From positions 1-35,906 of the forward strand of contig CAZQGJ010000001.1 in NCBI GenBank assembly GCA_964592905.1: a stretch of 35,906 nt of DNA, read 5' to 3'. Origin of the DNA: an uncultured Candidatus Saccharibacteria bacterium (GTDB lineage Bacteria; Patescibacteriota; UBA1384; CAYGGE01). A model generated the notes under the pieces. It saw only the letters and a list, made by a program, of their open reading frames with translations. It did not search any database and was not told the DNA's origin. The number at the start of each line of letters is the position of its first letter. The stretch's first letter is position 1. Shown here piece by piece: positions 15,101-24,316 of this stretch. Made by a program: the position numbers and the translations under genes.

Positions 15101-17640
15101 CAAATAAACCAGTTGATATAACAAAGCTAAAAAATCTTATTAAAGGTGGATCCAGTTACGCTTACTTTTTCAACAACATTACAAGCTCTGATTGGCTTAT
15201 GCCCCTAATAAATGAGGGTTTCTTCACCAAACCACCGGCCGCAGAAAAAGATGGTCAGTGGATCAGCTTTCCAGTCTGGCCAGAGATTAACTACTTACTA
15301 AAAGTAGCGAGCATATCGCCTGACGAGACTACGATAGCATTGGACAAAATTTCCGATACAGACAATCAATATGTTTTAGACATGTTCGTAAAAGTATTAC
15401 TTGAGATTGGTGCAAAACGAGCGGTACGATTTACAGATAGAGTTGTTGCGTTTCTTGCAATACCCTTTCAGTTTCGTATCCATGAGGAATCGACTAAGTT
15501 AGTCTGTCTTTTGGCAAAAGAGGGGTACACTGATGAGGCAATAAAAATCATAGATGCATTGCTTGAGGTGATGCCTGATCCCCGTGCTGAAAATGCAGGA
15601 ACAGATGAATATCAAAAGTACTTAATTGAGCCTCAGATTAAGTATCGAGACTATGACTACCAAGAAATCATCGAAAAAGTCACGCCAGGCCTCGTCGCTG
15701 CAGACCCAGCAGGTGCTATAAAGCTTTTCTCTAAACTTTTGAACAATGCTGTCATTTATAAATCTGTTCGCTATGAACACGACTCTAGCTCTGACGGACA
15801 GGACTACTCAAATATATGGCGTCCTGCTATTGGGAGCCAAAAGAGGGATAATGGGAATCAGCCGTTTGATGGTTTGGTGTCGGCCCTTCGAGATGGTCTA
15901 ATCGGGTTATTAGCCTCTAATATATCTGACAAAGAAAAAATAACTGTTCTGAAAAATGTTGTCGGTCTAAAGTTTCTTATATTTAGCCGAATTGTTGAGC
16001 ACGTTTTGCAAAGCTTAAAAGATCAGGCTCCCTACAAAGAACTTTACGACGAAATTCATAAAAACTTTGATAAGTTTCTAATTGAGAAAGCATTCGTTAT
16101 TGAAAGCGGAGAGGTCATCCCAGAGCCAGGCATTACGATTGAGGAACTAAATCAACTTGATGACGCCGCCTTAATTCAAAAACTTACAAGCCATAAGCCA
16201 CCCGATCGTTTATTTGGAAGAGACGCAATCGATAATTTAATTTCGACATTGATTAAAAACGATCCGAAGCGATTTATACAAATTGCTCCAGAGTTTCTCG
16301 CAGCTAGCCACCAACTGGCTAATGGCTTTATCTATTCTCTAAACGACATCATTGGAAACCTAGATCAACAGACAGTCGATGTTCTACTGGCAGATCTAAG
16401 CAACTGGCTTAAGACAACCAAGGGAGCAGATGATGATACATATTACTCTTGGGCAAAATCAGCCCTTGCTCGGTTGGTAGATAAGCTATCAGATCAGAAG
16501 CGTAAAAATAGTGAGTATGGTTCTGTGGCTTCTGCGGAGTCATTGCTCGATATTATCCTCAGACTTGCCCGCGATAGTGATCCAACCCCCGAACGAGAAG
16601 AGAGAGATGATAGTGATAATTGGGATCCAGTATCTGTAGCGATCAACAGCACTAGGGGTGAGGCGCTCCATGCATTAGCTGGCTTCGTTGGTTGGGCGCA
16701 CAGAAACAAAGCAAATCAAAAATATCTACAACAAGCGTATGACGAGCTTGACTGGCACTTAAACACTAACAATGATCCATCGTTCGCTATACGTTCAGTC
16801 TTCGGTCAGCATCTGCCACTACTCGGATATGTAAATTCCCAATGGGTTAAAGATAATATCGGCAGTATTTTTTCCGATGATACATACGGCGATGCTGCTT
16901 GGGATGCTTACGTCAGCTTTACTCAGCCGTATAAAGACCTATTGCCACTAACAGAACCCTTTATTAAAAAACGATTATCTAATTTAAGGGTCTATCCTGA
17001 GGGCAAAAATCGTAGGGCTGACATGGGACAATCACAATTTGTCCATCATTTAATGATTTATTATTGGAACGGTTATCTGGATTTGGTTGATGGAGGCGTA
17101 ATTAAAACATTTTTTGAGACTGCAGACGTCAAATATCGAATTGAAGCATTACACTTTATCGGCTTTGCCTTAAAAGAGGACAAGTCAGAAACGAGAGAAG
17201 AGGTATTGGATCGATTGAAAATACTTTGGGACTATCGACTTACCGATTTAGTGAGTAGCGATAAAGAAAATCAGAAGGAATTAGAAGAATTTGGTATATG
17301 GTTTGCATCAAATGCATTTTCGAATGACTGGGCAATTGCAAACCTGCAAAAGGTTCTAGTTATTACACAAAACGCAAATCCTGATTTTATGGTTCTAGAG
17401 AAGCTTTGTACCATGGTAGAAAAATATCCCGTTGAGGCAATTATATGCCTAAGGGAAATGATCGCTGGTGCACGAGAGCGATGGTCAATTAGCAGCTGGA
17501 AAGAATATGCGTCAATAATAATTCGTATTTCTTTTGAGTCTGGAAACTCTGAGGTTAGCAGAATAGCTAAAGCTCAGGTCGATATACTGATTAGCAAAGG
17601 CCACCATAATTTTCGTAATCTCGTGAAGAAAATCAAGTAA
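15097..17640 (+). CDS. large hypothetical protein (847 aa), helical-repeat-like, no catalytic motif recognised
   Basis: ATGA start/stop overlap with the upstream ORF. I saw no Walker A, DEAD/DEAH, PD-(D/E)xK, HNH or SAM motif. The N-terminus is aromatic-rich: SSDWLMPLINEGFF...WISFPVWPEINYL. Confidence 0.85.
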   Translation: MTNKPVDITKLKNLIKGGSSYAYFFNNITSSDWLMPLINEGFFTKPPAAEKDGQWISFPVWPEINYLLKVASISPDETTIALDKISDTDNQYVLDMFVKVLLEIGAKRAVRFTDRVVAFLAIPFQFRIHEESTKLVCLLAKEGYTDEAIKIIDALLEVMPDPRAENAGTDEYQKYLIEPQIKYRDYDYQEIIEKVTPGLVAADPAGAIKLFSKLLNNAVIYKSVRYEHDSSSDGQDYSNIWRPAIGSQKRDNGNQPFDGLVSALRDGLIGLLASNISDKEKITVLKNVVGLKFLIFSRIVEHVLQSLKDQAPYKELYDEIHKNFDKFLIEKAFVIESGEVIPEPGITIEELNQLDDAALIQKLTSHKPPDRLFGRDAIDNLISTLIKNDPKRFIQIAPEFLAASHQLANGFIYSLNDIIGNLDQQTVDVLLADLSNWLKTTKGADDDTYYSWAKSALARLVDKLSDQKRKNSEYGSVASAESLLDIILRLARDSDPTPEREERDDSDNWDPVSVAINSTRGEALHALAGFVGWAHRNKANQKYLQQAYDELDWHLNTNNDPSFAIRSVFGQHLPLLGYVNSQWVKDNIGSIFSDDTYGDAAWDAYVSFTQPYKDLLPLTEPFIKKRLSNLRVYPEGKNRRADMGQSQFVHHLMIYYWNGYLDLVDGGVIKTFFETADVKYRIEALHFIGFALKEDKSETREEVLDRLKILWDYRLTDLVSSDKENQKELEEFGIWFASNAFSNDWAIANLQKVLVITQNANPDFMVLEKLCTMVEKYPVEAIICLREMIAGARERWSISSWKEYASIIIRISFESGNSEVSRIAKAQVDILISKGHHNFRNLVKKIK

Positions 17641-17697
17641 GCCCTTGCCCTACAGCCCATCTAATGGCATGATCAGCACAGCAAGCGAGTATTTACT

Positions 17698-18450
17698 ATG
17701 ACATACGGACGGCAAAGAAATATTTTCGATCCAAAGTCGGAAATCCCATTCAAATTATCGAGATCAAGATTAGAGAACTTTACCAAATGTCCTCGGTGTT
17801 TTTATATTGACCGCCGACTTGGGATCGGCCAACCGTCTAGCCCTCCATTTAGTTTGAATAATGCAGTCGATGAATTACTCAAAAAAGAGTTTGATATTCT
17901 TCGTGAAAAAGGTGAAGCACATGCCTTAATGACAGAGTACGGACTCGATGCCGTACCTTTCAAAGACGACCGAATGGACGAATGGCGTGACTCACTCCGG
18001 CGTGGCATCCAATATCTTCACGAACCAACCAACCTGCTAATTTGCGGTGGAGTTGATGATGTGTGGGCTAGGCCTGACGGCGAGCTAATCATTGTTGACT
18101 ACAAAGCCACATCAAAAAATGGTGAGGTCGAATGGGACGATAACGCCCAGCATCATAAGCAGTACAAGCGCCAAATGGAAATTTACCAGTGGTTATTCCG
18201 CAGGAACGGATTCAAGGTCTCAGATACTGGATATTTTGTATATGTGAACGGCCAAACAGAGCGCGACGGATTTCATGGCAAGCTCGAGTTTACTGCCAAA
18301 TTATTACCTCACACCGGCGACGACTCATGGGTTGAACAGGCTATTATTGACGCCCGCAAATGCTTAATGAGTAAGACGATGCCAGAGTTTAGCCCGCTTT
18401 GCGAATTCTGCCAGTATAACCAAGCTATATCAGTGTTAAAAATTTATTAA
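17698..18450 (+). CDS. PD-(D/E)xK nuclease, Cas4/RecB-like, with Cys clusters (probable Fe-S)
   Basis: N-terminal CPRC. Motifs GGVDDV, IIVDYKAT (D-x-K) and QMEIYQWL (QxxxY). C-terminal Cys residues ...C(x14)CEFC. Confidence 0.85.
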   Translation: MTYGRQRNIFDPKSEIPFKLSRSRLENFTKCPRCFYIDRRLGIGQPSSPPFSLNNAVDELLKKEFDILREKGEAHALMTEYGLDAVPFKDDRMDEWRDSLRRGIQYLHEPTNLLICGGVDDVWARPDGELIIVDYKATSKNGEVEWDDNAQHHKQYKRQMEIYQWLFRRNGFKVSDTGYFVYVNGQTERDGFHGKLEFTAKLLPHTGDDSWVEQAIIDARKCLMSKTMPEFSPLCEFCQYNQAISVLKIY

Positions 18451-18534
18451 CTATCTTAAATTTTATTCTGGCTTGCAATCTAAAAAATATGAAATTCACT
18501 CGTAGATACATATTACTAAGTCGATAGGACACCG

Positions 18535-19236
18535 ATGAAGCTCTATAAATATAGACCACTTACGACCTGTGAGGATTTCAGTAGGGCACAAGAGATATTG
18601 AATGGTGGTAAATTTTGGTGCACTAGCTTTTGCAATCTCAACGACCCTATGGAGGGGGTCTATTCATCCAATGATTTCAAGTCAGATCAAATTAAATCGC
18701 TGTACAAAAGTAAGGAAAGCTTCAGTATCTGTTCATTTTCCGAAGCATTTTCAGATCCAATTTTGTGGGCACACTATGCCGGCGGTTTTCGTGGCATAGT
18801 TATTGAAACTACAGTCAACCGAGAAAGTATTCAGCCAGCAGTAGTGAAAAAGATTAACTACGTTGAGACTATATTAGAAATTCAAAAAAAGGTTATCGAT
18901 AGCAAGGTCCAAGATGGCGAAGAAATTGACAAGGTAGCGATATCAATTCTGACTACCAAGCTAGCGCATTGGAAACACGAGAAGGAACGTCGCTATCTGA
19001 CAAGAGAAGGAAGTGGCTATCACGAGATCGGTAAAATAACCGGACTGTTTACTTGGTCAAACGACTCCGTCCAGAATTATGCAGATATAGTTCAGAGTTG
19101 CTCAGATCTGAGTGATTATCAAACCTACAGAGATTGTCTTATCACAATAGCAAACAATCAAAAGATAAGGCAGTATGTCGTTGGAATGAATAATAAAGGC
19201 AAAATAAAACGAATTAAACACGATAATCTGTGCTAA
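18535..19236 (+). CDS. DUF2971-family protein
   Basis: The N-terminus KLYKYRPL...AQEILNGGKFWCTSFCNLNDPMEG matches the characteristic DUF2971 opening (lYkY...il.n..l.fs....lNDP.E). Confidence 0.75.
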   Translation: MKLYKYRPLTTCEDFSRAQEILNGGKFWCTSFCNLNDPMEGVYSSNDFKSDQIKSLYKSKESFSICSFSEAFSDPILWAHYAGGFRGIVIETTVNRESIQPAVVKKINYVETILEIQKKVIDSKVQDGEEIDKVAISILTTKLAHWKHEKERRYLTREGSGYHEIGKITGLFTWSNDSVQNYADIVQSCSDLSDYQTYRDCLITIANNQKIRQYVVGMNNKGKIKRIKHDNLC

Positions 19237-19245
19237 ACTATACCT

Positions 19246-19932
19246 ATGATCTGGAATAAACTTAATGCCCGAGCTATCCGAGCTTTGTTTAGCTTGGTCT
19301 TTATCTTGTCAGCTGGCATTATCATCTTCAGCAACAATATCAATTACGCTAGTTTGCTCTATCCGCCGATTCCCGATAGTCACTACCAAATGATCACCGA
19401 TGCGGTGGATCACTGTCAGGTACCGCGCGAGATGCGCGGCTTTATCGCCTCGGTCGCCCGGGCCGAGAGCGGCTTTCGACCGGGGGCGGCCTCGGGGGCA
19501 GGGGCTGTCGGGGTAATGCAGCTCTTACGCGCCACTGGCTACGGCGTGGCGGTTAACTACGGCATCAGCGGCCTCAACGCCAGTACCTTTACGGACCCGG
19601 CAATTAGTTATAAGATGGGCACTTGCTATATCCATTACATTATGGGCAAATATAGCGGTGGTGCCGACAAGGCTCAATGGAATAATCCTGAGTATCTTAA
19701 GGCCGTCATGATCGGCTACAACGCCGGACCGGCCAAAGGTCAAAGCTATCTCAACGGTGGCAGTAGCTACCCTAGCTCATCGCTTGCTTACGCTAATAAG
19801 ATCATCGGGTCGACTGCCGCCTATACCACCGACTTCGTCCAGTGGGAATTGCGTCAAGCCAGCGGCGAAGCAGCCACTCCAGATAGCGTCCGGGCTACCA
19901 TCTGGCGCTACCTCATCGGCAGTCAACCATAA
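19246..19932 (+). CDS. membrane-anchored lytic transglycosylase (SLT domain)
   Basis: N-terminal TM segment. Catalytic ARAESGFRP...GAVGVMQL and GYNAGPAKG motifs. GC content returns to backbone level here. Confidence 0.85.
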   Translation: MIWNKLNARAIRALFSLVFILSAGIIIFSNNINYASLLYPPIPDSHYQMITDAVDHCQVPREMRGFIASVARAESGFRPGAASGAGAVGVMQLLRATGYGVAVNYGISGLNASTFTDPAISYKMGTCYIHYIMGKYSGGADKAQWNNPEYLKAVMIGYNAGPAKGQSYLNGGSSYPSSSLAYANKIIGSTAAYTTDFVQWELRQASGEAATPDSVRATIWRYLIGSQP

Positions 19933-19945
19933 TCGAATTCACATT

Positions 19946-21718
19946 ATGACCGCAGCAGAAATCCGCCAACAATTCTTTCAGTTACTTGCCGAATCTGGTC
20001 ATAGCCACTGGCCAGCCGCCCGTCTGTTACCCGAGGGCGATAACTCGGTTCTCTTTACCGTGGCCGGCATGCAACAGTTCAAAGATTACTACGCCAAACC
20101 AGCTTTGGCGCCACACTGTCGTCTGGCTACGGCTCAACCAGTCATTCGCACCATCGATATCGACGAGGTCGGGGACAACCGCCACCTGACCATCTTCGAG
20201 ATGCTCGGCTACTTTTCTTTCGGCTATCGAGCCGACACCCCAGAGGCGCTCGACTCTAACACCCCCTATTTCAAAAAAACGGCTATTGAGCTAGCTTATA
20301 AATTCTTTTTCGAGCGACTAGGTATCGCCATCGAGCGGAGCTACGTCACCGTCTATCAGGGCAAAGAGGGTGTACCGGCTGACCACCAATCGGCTGCGAT
20401 CTGGCAAGAGCTTGATTATCCAGCTGACCAGATTCGCTTCGAGGGCGAAGATAACTTTTGGGCCCTGGGGGTTGGTTCGCCTTGCGGACCTACCACCGAG
20501 ATCTATGTTGACGGTATCGAGGTTGGCAACGTCGTCTTTAATCAATACCTCATGACTGGCGAGAATCAGCTCGAACCCTTAACCGAACTCGGCGTCGACA
20601 CTGGCCTCGGCCTAGAACGCATCGCCTTGGTGATGCAACAGGCACCCGATGTCTACGCCACCGATCTACTAGCGCCTATCGTCGCCAAAATTATTGAGTT
20701 GGCAGAGTTAGCAAGCGAACCGACGCCCGATCAAGCGCTCAAGATCAGAATCATCGCCGATCACCTTAAAGCCAGCGCTTTCTTAATTAACGACGGCGTC
20801 CGCCCCAGTAATAAGGCCCAGGGTTACATCTTGCGCCGACTGCTCAGACGACTGGGTTTAGCGACCATTCAACTTGGCCTCTCGCCAAACGATCTGCTAG
20901 CCTGCCTTGAACCAATCTTGACTATCTATGCCGATACCGGCTCACTGGCTCTCGACTATGGCAACATCTGCCTGGTGATGACCGAGGAATTAAATCGCTT
21001 CAAAGTAGTTTTAGAACACGGTCAGGCAGAGCTGGAACAGATGCTCAAACAGACAGCCGAACCGAAGCTAACAACCGATCAGGTTTTTCAGCTCTTTGAT
21101 ACCTTTGGCCTACCCTATGAGGTAATTGAGTCGTTAGCTCAAGAGCGGGGAGTCTCTCTAGACAAGGCTGCATTCGAAAAGCGCTTTGCCGAGCACCAAG
21201 AGACGAGTCGACAAACAACCGGCGGAACCTTTGCCGGTGGCTTAGCCGATCACGAACCGACCACTATTTCTCATCATACGGCGCATCATCTGCTATTAGC
21301 CGCTTTGCAATCGCTACTCGGCGCTCAAACCAAGCAACGCGGCTCGAATGTCACGAGTGAGCGACTACGGCTCGACTTTAACGTTGATCATAAACTGACA
21401 CCCGAGGAGCTTCAAGCGATCGAGGCCAAGGTGAACGGCTGGATCGAGGCTGACTTGCCAGTGACTCGCGCCGAGATGCCGAAGACAGAGGCCGAGAAGC
21501 TCGGTGCCCAGGCCGAATTTGGGGCTAAATACGGCGAAACGGTCAGCGTCTATACCGTTGGCGACTTCGAGCAACCGATCAGTCGCGAGTTTTGCGGCGG
21601 CCCTCACGTCGCCAGTACCGGTCAATTAGCCGAGTTTGGCCGCTTTAAGATCCTGAAAGAAGAGGCCAGTAGCGCCGGGATCCGTCGGATCAAGGCAAAA
21701 CTAGTCAAATTAGCCTAA
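19946..21718 (+). CDS. alaS: alanine--tRNA ligase, compact form (591 aa, no C-Ala domain)
   Basis: MTAAEIRQQFFQLLAESGH...FTVAGMQQF catalytic core. Editing-domain motifs HTAHHLL and CGGPHV. The ATG at 19946 is chosen because the annotated upstream extension overlaps the transglycosylase gene. Confidence 0.9.
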   Translation: MTAAEIRQQFFQLLAESGHSHWPAARLLPEGDNSVLFTVAGMQQFKDYYAKPALAPHCRLATAQPVIRTIDIDEVGDNRHLTIFEMLGYFSFGYRADTPEALDSNTPYFKKTAIELAYKFFFERLGIAIERSYVTVYQGKEGVPADHQSAAIWQELDYPADQIRFEGEDNFWALGVGSPCGPTTEIYVDGIEVGNVVFNQYLMTGENQLEPLTELGVDTGLGLERIALVMQQAPDVYATDLLAPIVAKIIELAELASEPTPDQALKIRIIADHLKASAFLINDGVRPSNKAQGYILRRLLRRLGLATIQLGLSPNDLLACLEPILTIYADTGSLALDYGNICLVMTEELNRFKVVLEHGQAELEQMLKQTAEPKLTTDQVFQLFDTFGLPYEVIESLAQERGVSLDKAAFEKRFAEHQETSRQTTGGTFAGGLADHEPTTISHHTAHHLLLAALQSLLGAQTKQRGSNVTSERLRLDFNVDHKLTPEELQAIEAKVNGWIEADLPVTRAEMPKTEAEKLGAQAEFGAKYGETVSVYTVGDFEQPISREFCGGPHVASTGQLAEFGRFKILKEEASSAGIRRIKAKLVKLA

Positions 21719-21725
21719 TTTCGGC

Positions 21726-21754
21726 TTGACGCCAGGCCTTAAATCTGTTAATCT
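21726..21754 (+). promoter_or_regulatory. sigma70-like promoter upstream of uvrA
   Basis: TTGACG, 17-nt spacer, TAATCT. Confidence 0.35.
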
Positions 21755-21815
21755 AGTTGACCGTGTCGAACTACTCCGGCACTCGCTAACTTTTAATCAG
21801 ATTTGAGTTAAAACT

Positions 21816-24311
21816 ATGAAACAATTTATCACTGTCTCTGGGGCGCGAGTTCATAATCTCAAAAATATTACCCTCAAGATACCTAAAAATCAGCTGACGG
21901 TTATTACCGGTCTTTCTGGCTCGGGTAAGTCTTCCTTGGCCTTTGACACTATCTATGCCGAGGGTCAGCGTCGTTATGTTGAGTCTCTGTCGAGCTACGC
22001 CCGACAGTTCTTAGGCGTTCTAGAAAAGCCTGATGTTGACTTTATCGAGGGTCTCTCGCCGGCTATCTCGATCGATCAAAAATCGGCGGCCCGTTCGCCT
22101 CGCTCCACCGTTGGCACGATGAGCGAGATCTATGATTATCTACGTTTACTCTACGCCAAAGTCGGGACAGTTTTCTGTCCGGTCTGTCACTCTGAGGTCA
22201 AGCGCGAGCGCAAACCGATTCGCCACAAGAACAAAACTACCGGCCAGACCAAACTCGAGTATGTTTATCAGTGCGGCCAGTGCCAGCACGAGTTTCCTGA
22301 GATTACGATGAGCTCTTTTTCCTTTAACTCACCGAGCGGCGCCTGTCCAACCTGTCACGGCTTGGGCGTTCGCCTAATTATTGATCCCGAACTAGTTTTG
22401 CCGAACCCTAACCTCACCCTTGACGAGGGTGCAATCCGACCCTGGTCGCGCCTGACTAGCCAGGCTAGCTGGTACACTAAAGTCCTCAATCAGCTCAGTT
22501 TACACCACCAAATCAACCTCAAAACTCCGGTCAAAGAGCTGACTCCAGAGCAAATCAAGTCCGTGCTTTATGGCGTGGTTTCAAACGCCGCCGAAAGCGA
22601 CAAGGCCAACGGTTTTGAAGGTGTCATCCCGAATCTCGAACGCAAATATCACGAAACCGACTCGGAGTATGTTCGAACAGAGATCGGCAAATATATGGTC
22701 GAACGCACCTGCGAGAGCTGTCAGGGACAGCGACTGCGGGCCGAAGTCCTTGGTATCACCATTGACGGTCAATCGATCGCGCAGGTTAGCGGCCTGACGA
22801 TTAGCGAGGCCGAAGCCTTTTTTGCCAAACTGACTTTTGCCGAAGCACTCGGGCCAATCGTTGAGCCGTTGCTACGCGAGATTAAGGCTCGTTTGGGCTA
22901 CTTGATGCAAGTTGGACTCGACTATCTCACCCTCGATCGTAACGCCGACACCTTGGCTGGCGGCGAGGCCCAACGGATTCGCTTAGCCACCCAGCTCGGC
23001 TCGGCCCTGACTGGCGTGCTTTATATTCTTGACGAGCCCTCGATTGGTTTGCATCCGCGCGATCAAGACAAACTGATCAATACCATGAAGATGCTCAGAG
23101 ACTTAGGCAATACGGTCATCGTCGTTGAACACGATGCCACCACGATGCTCGCCGCCGACTATCTAATCGATATCGGCCCAGGAGCAGGGGAGTTTGGCGG
23201 ACGAGTCGTCGCTGCCGGTACTCCGGCTCAGGTTATGGCTAACTCGCGATCGCTCACCGGACGCTACTTAGCCGGTCTAATCAAGATCTCGACCGATCAC
23301 CCTAAGCGTCAACCCGGGAGCGCTAAGATTCAGGTTCAGGGTGCCACCGAGTTTAACCTCAAAAATGTGACTGTTGATTTCCCGTTGCAGACCTTTATCT
23401 GCGTCAGCGGAGTCTCGGGGTCGGGTAAATCGACCTTAGTTGCCGATATTCTGGCCCGCGCTTTAGCCAAAAAGTTTCATCATGCCAGAGTCGAGCCGGG
23501 TAAGCATCGCGGCATTACCGGCCTTGAACATATCAACAAAGTCATCGCAATCGATCAATCGCCGATCGGTCGCACGCCTCGTTCCAATCCTGCCACCTAT
23601 ACCGGTGTCTTTACCCCGATTCGTCAGCTCTTTGCCGAAACGCCGTTGGCTCTCGAACGCCAATATGACGAGGGTCACTTTAGCTTTAACGTTAAGGGCG
23701 GCCGTTGCGAAGCCTGCCGCGGCGAGGGTGCAATCAAGATTGAGATGCATTTCCTACCCGATATCTATGTCAACTGTGAAGAGTGCGGCGGAACGCGCTT
23801 TAACCAAGAGGTACTCGATGTCCTCTATAAAGGCAAAAACATCGCCGATATCCTCAACTTTTCCGTCTCTCAGGCCCGCAAGTTCTTTAAAGATCAGCCG
23901 GCTATCGCCGAGAAACTAGCCGTCTTAGACGAGGTCGGTCTGTCGTATATGCGACTTGGTCAAGTCGCCACCTCACTCTCGGGCGGTGAGGCGCAACGGG
24001 TTAAACTTGCGACTGAACTATCGCGTCACGATACCGGCAGAACTCTCTATATTCTGGATGAGCCAACAAGTGGACTCCACTTTGCCGATATTCAGAAGCT
24101 TTTAGAAGTTTTGCAAGCTCTGGTGGATAAGGGTAATACGGTCTTAGTCATTGAACATAATCTCGATATTATTCGGGCCGCCGACTGGGTCATCGATATG
24201 GGCCCCGATGGTGGCAGCGGTGGGGGACAGGTAGTGGCCGTCGGTACACCTGAAACGATTGCGAACGAGCCTCAGTCGTTGACCGGTCGTTACCTTAAAC
24301 CGTTACTTTAA
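21816..24311 (+). CDS. uvrA: excinuclease ABC subunit A, short form (831 aa)
   Basis: Two ABC modules ([10 protein letters not shown] and [10 protein letters not shown]; two LSGGEAQR signatures). Zinc modules CPVC...CPTCHGLG and CEACRGEG...CEECGG. Only about 45 aa lie between CPVCH and [13 protein letters not shown]. Confidence 0.9.
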   Translation: MKQFITVSGARVHNLKNITLKIPKNQLTVITGLSGSGKSSLAFDTIYAEGQRRYVESLSSYARQFLGVLEKPDVDFIEGLSPAISIDQKSAARSPRSTVGTMSEIYDYLRLLYAKVGTVFCPVCHSEVKRERKPIRHKNKTTGQTKLEYVYQCGQCQHEFPEITMSSFSFNSPSGACPTCHGLGVRLIIDPELVLPNPNLTLDEGAIRPWSRLTSQASWYTKVLNQLSLHHQINLKTPVKELTPEQIKSVLYGVVSNAAESDKANGFEGVIPNLERKYHETDSEYVRTEIGKYMVERTCESCQGQRLRAEVLGITIDGQSIAQVSGLTISEAEAFFAKLTFAEALGPIVEPLLREIKARLGYLMQVGLDYLTLDRNADTLAGGEAQRIRLATQLGSALTGVLYILDEPSIGLHPRDQDKLINTMKMLRDLGNTVIVVEHDATTMLAADYLIDIGPGAGEFGGRVVAAGTPAQVMANSRSLTGRYLAGLIKISTDHPKRQPGSAKIQVQGATEFNLKNVTVDFPLQTFICVSGVSGSGKSTLVADILARALAKKFHHARVEPGKHRGITGLEHINKVIAIDQSPIGRTPRSNPATYTGVFTPIRQLFAETPLALERQYDEGHFSFNVKGGRCEACRGEGAIKIEMHFLPDIYVNCEECGGTRFNQEVLDVLYKGKNIADILNFSVSQARKFFKDQPAIAEKLAVLDEVGLSYMRLGQVATSLSGGEAQRVKLATELSRHDTGRTLYILDEPTSGLHFADIQKLLEVLQALVDKGNTVLVIEHNLDIIRAADWVIDMGPDGGSGGGQVVAVGTPETIANEPQSLTGRYLKPLL

Positions 24312-24316
24312 TAAAT

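Larger units (their letters stand above)
8679..19245. other. AT-richer genomic island (defence island) between tRNA-Leu(TAA) and the transglycosylase gene; no integrase
   Basis: Base composition shifts visibly right after the tRNA and returns at about 19246. The content is R-M genes, nucleases and unknown ORFs, all on the + strand. Confidence 0.6.

Noticed and set aside
8679-19245. CRISPR array or cas operon associated with the Cas4-like gene
   Set aside because: No regularly spaced direct repeats and no other cas-like ORFs are present anywhere in the window.
19757-19945. N-terminal extension of alaS (63 extra residues)
   Set aside because: It overlaps the 3' part of the transglycosylase gene in another frame. 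The conserved AlaRS N-terminus starts at the ATG at 19946.
23463-23919. ORFs 23482-23919 (+) and 23463-23750 (-) within uvrA
   Set aside because: They are alternative or antisense frames of a strongly supported gene, and the translations are Ser/Arg/Pro-rich.
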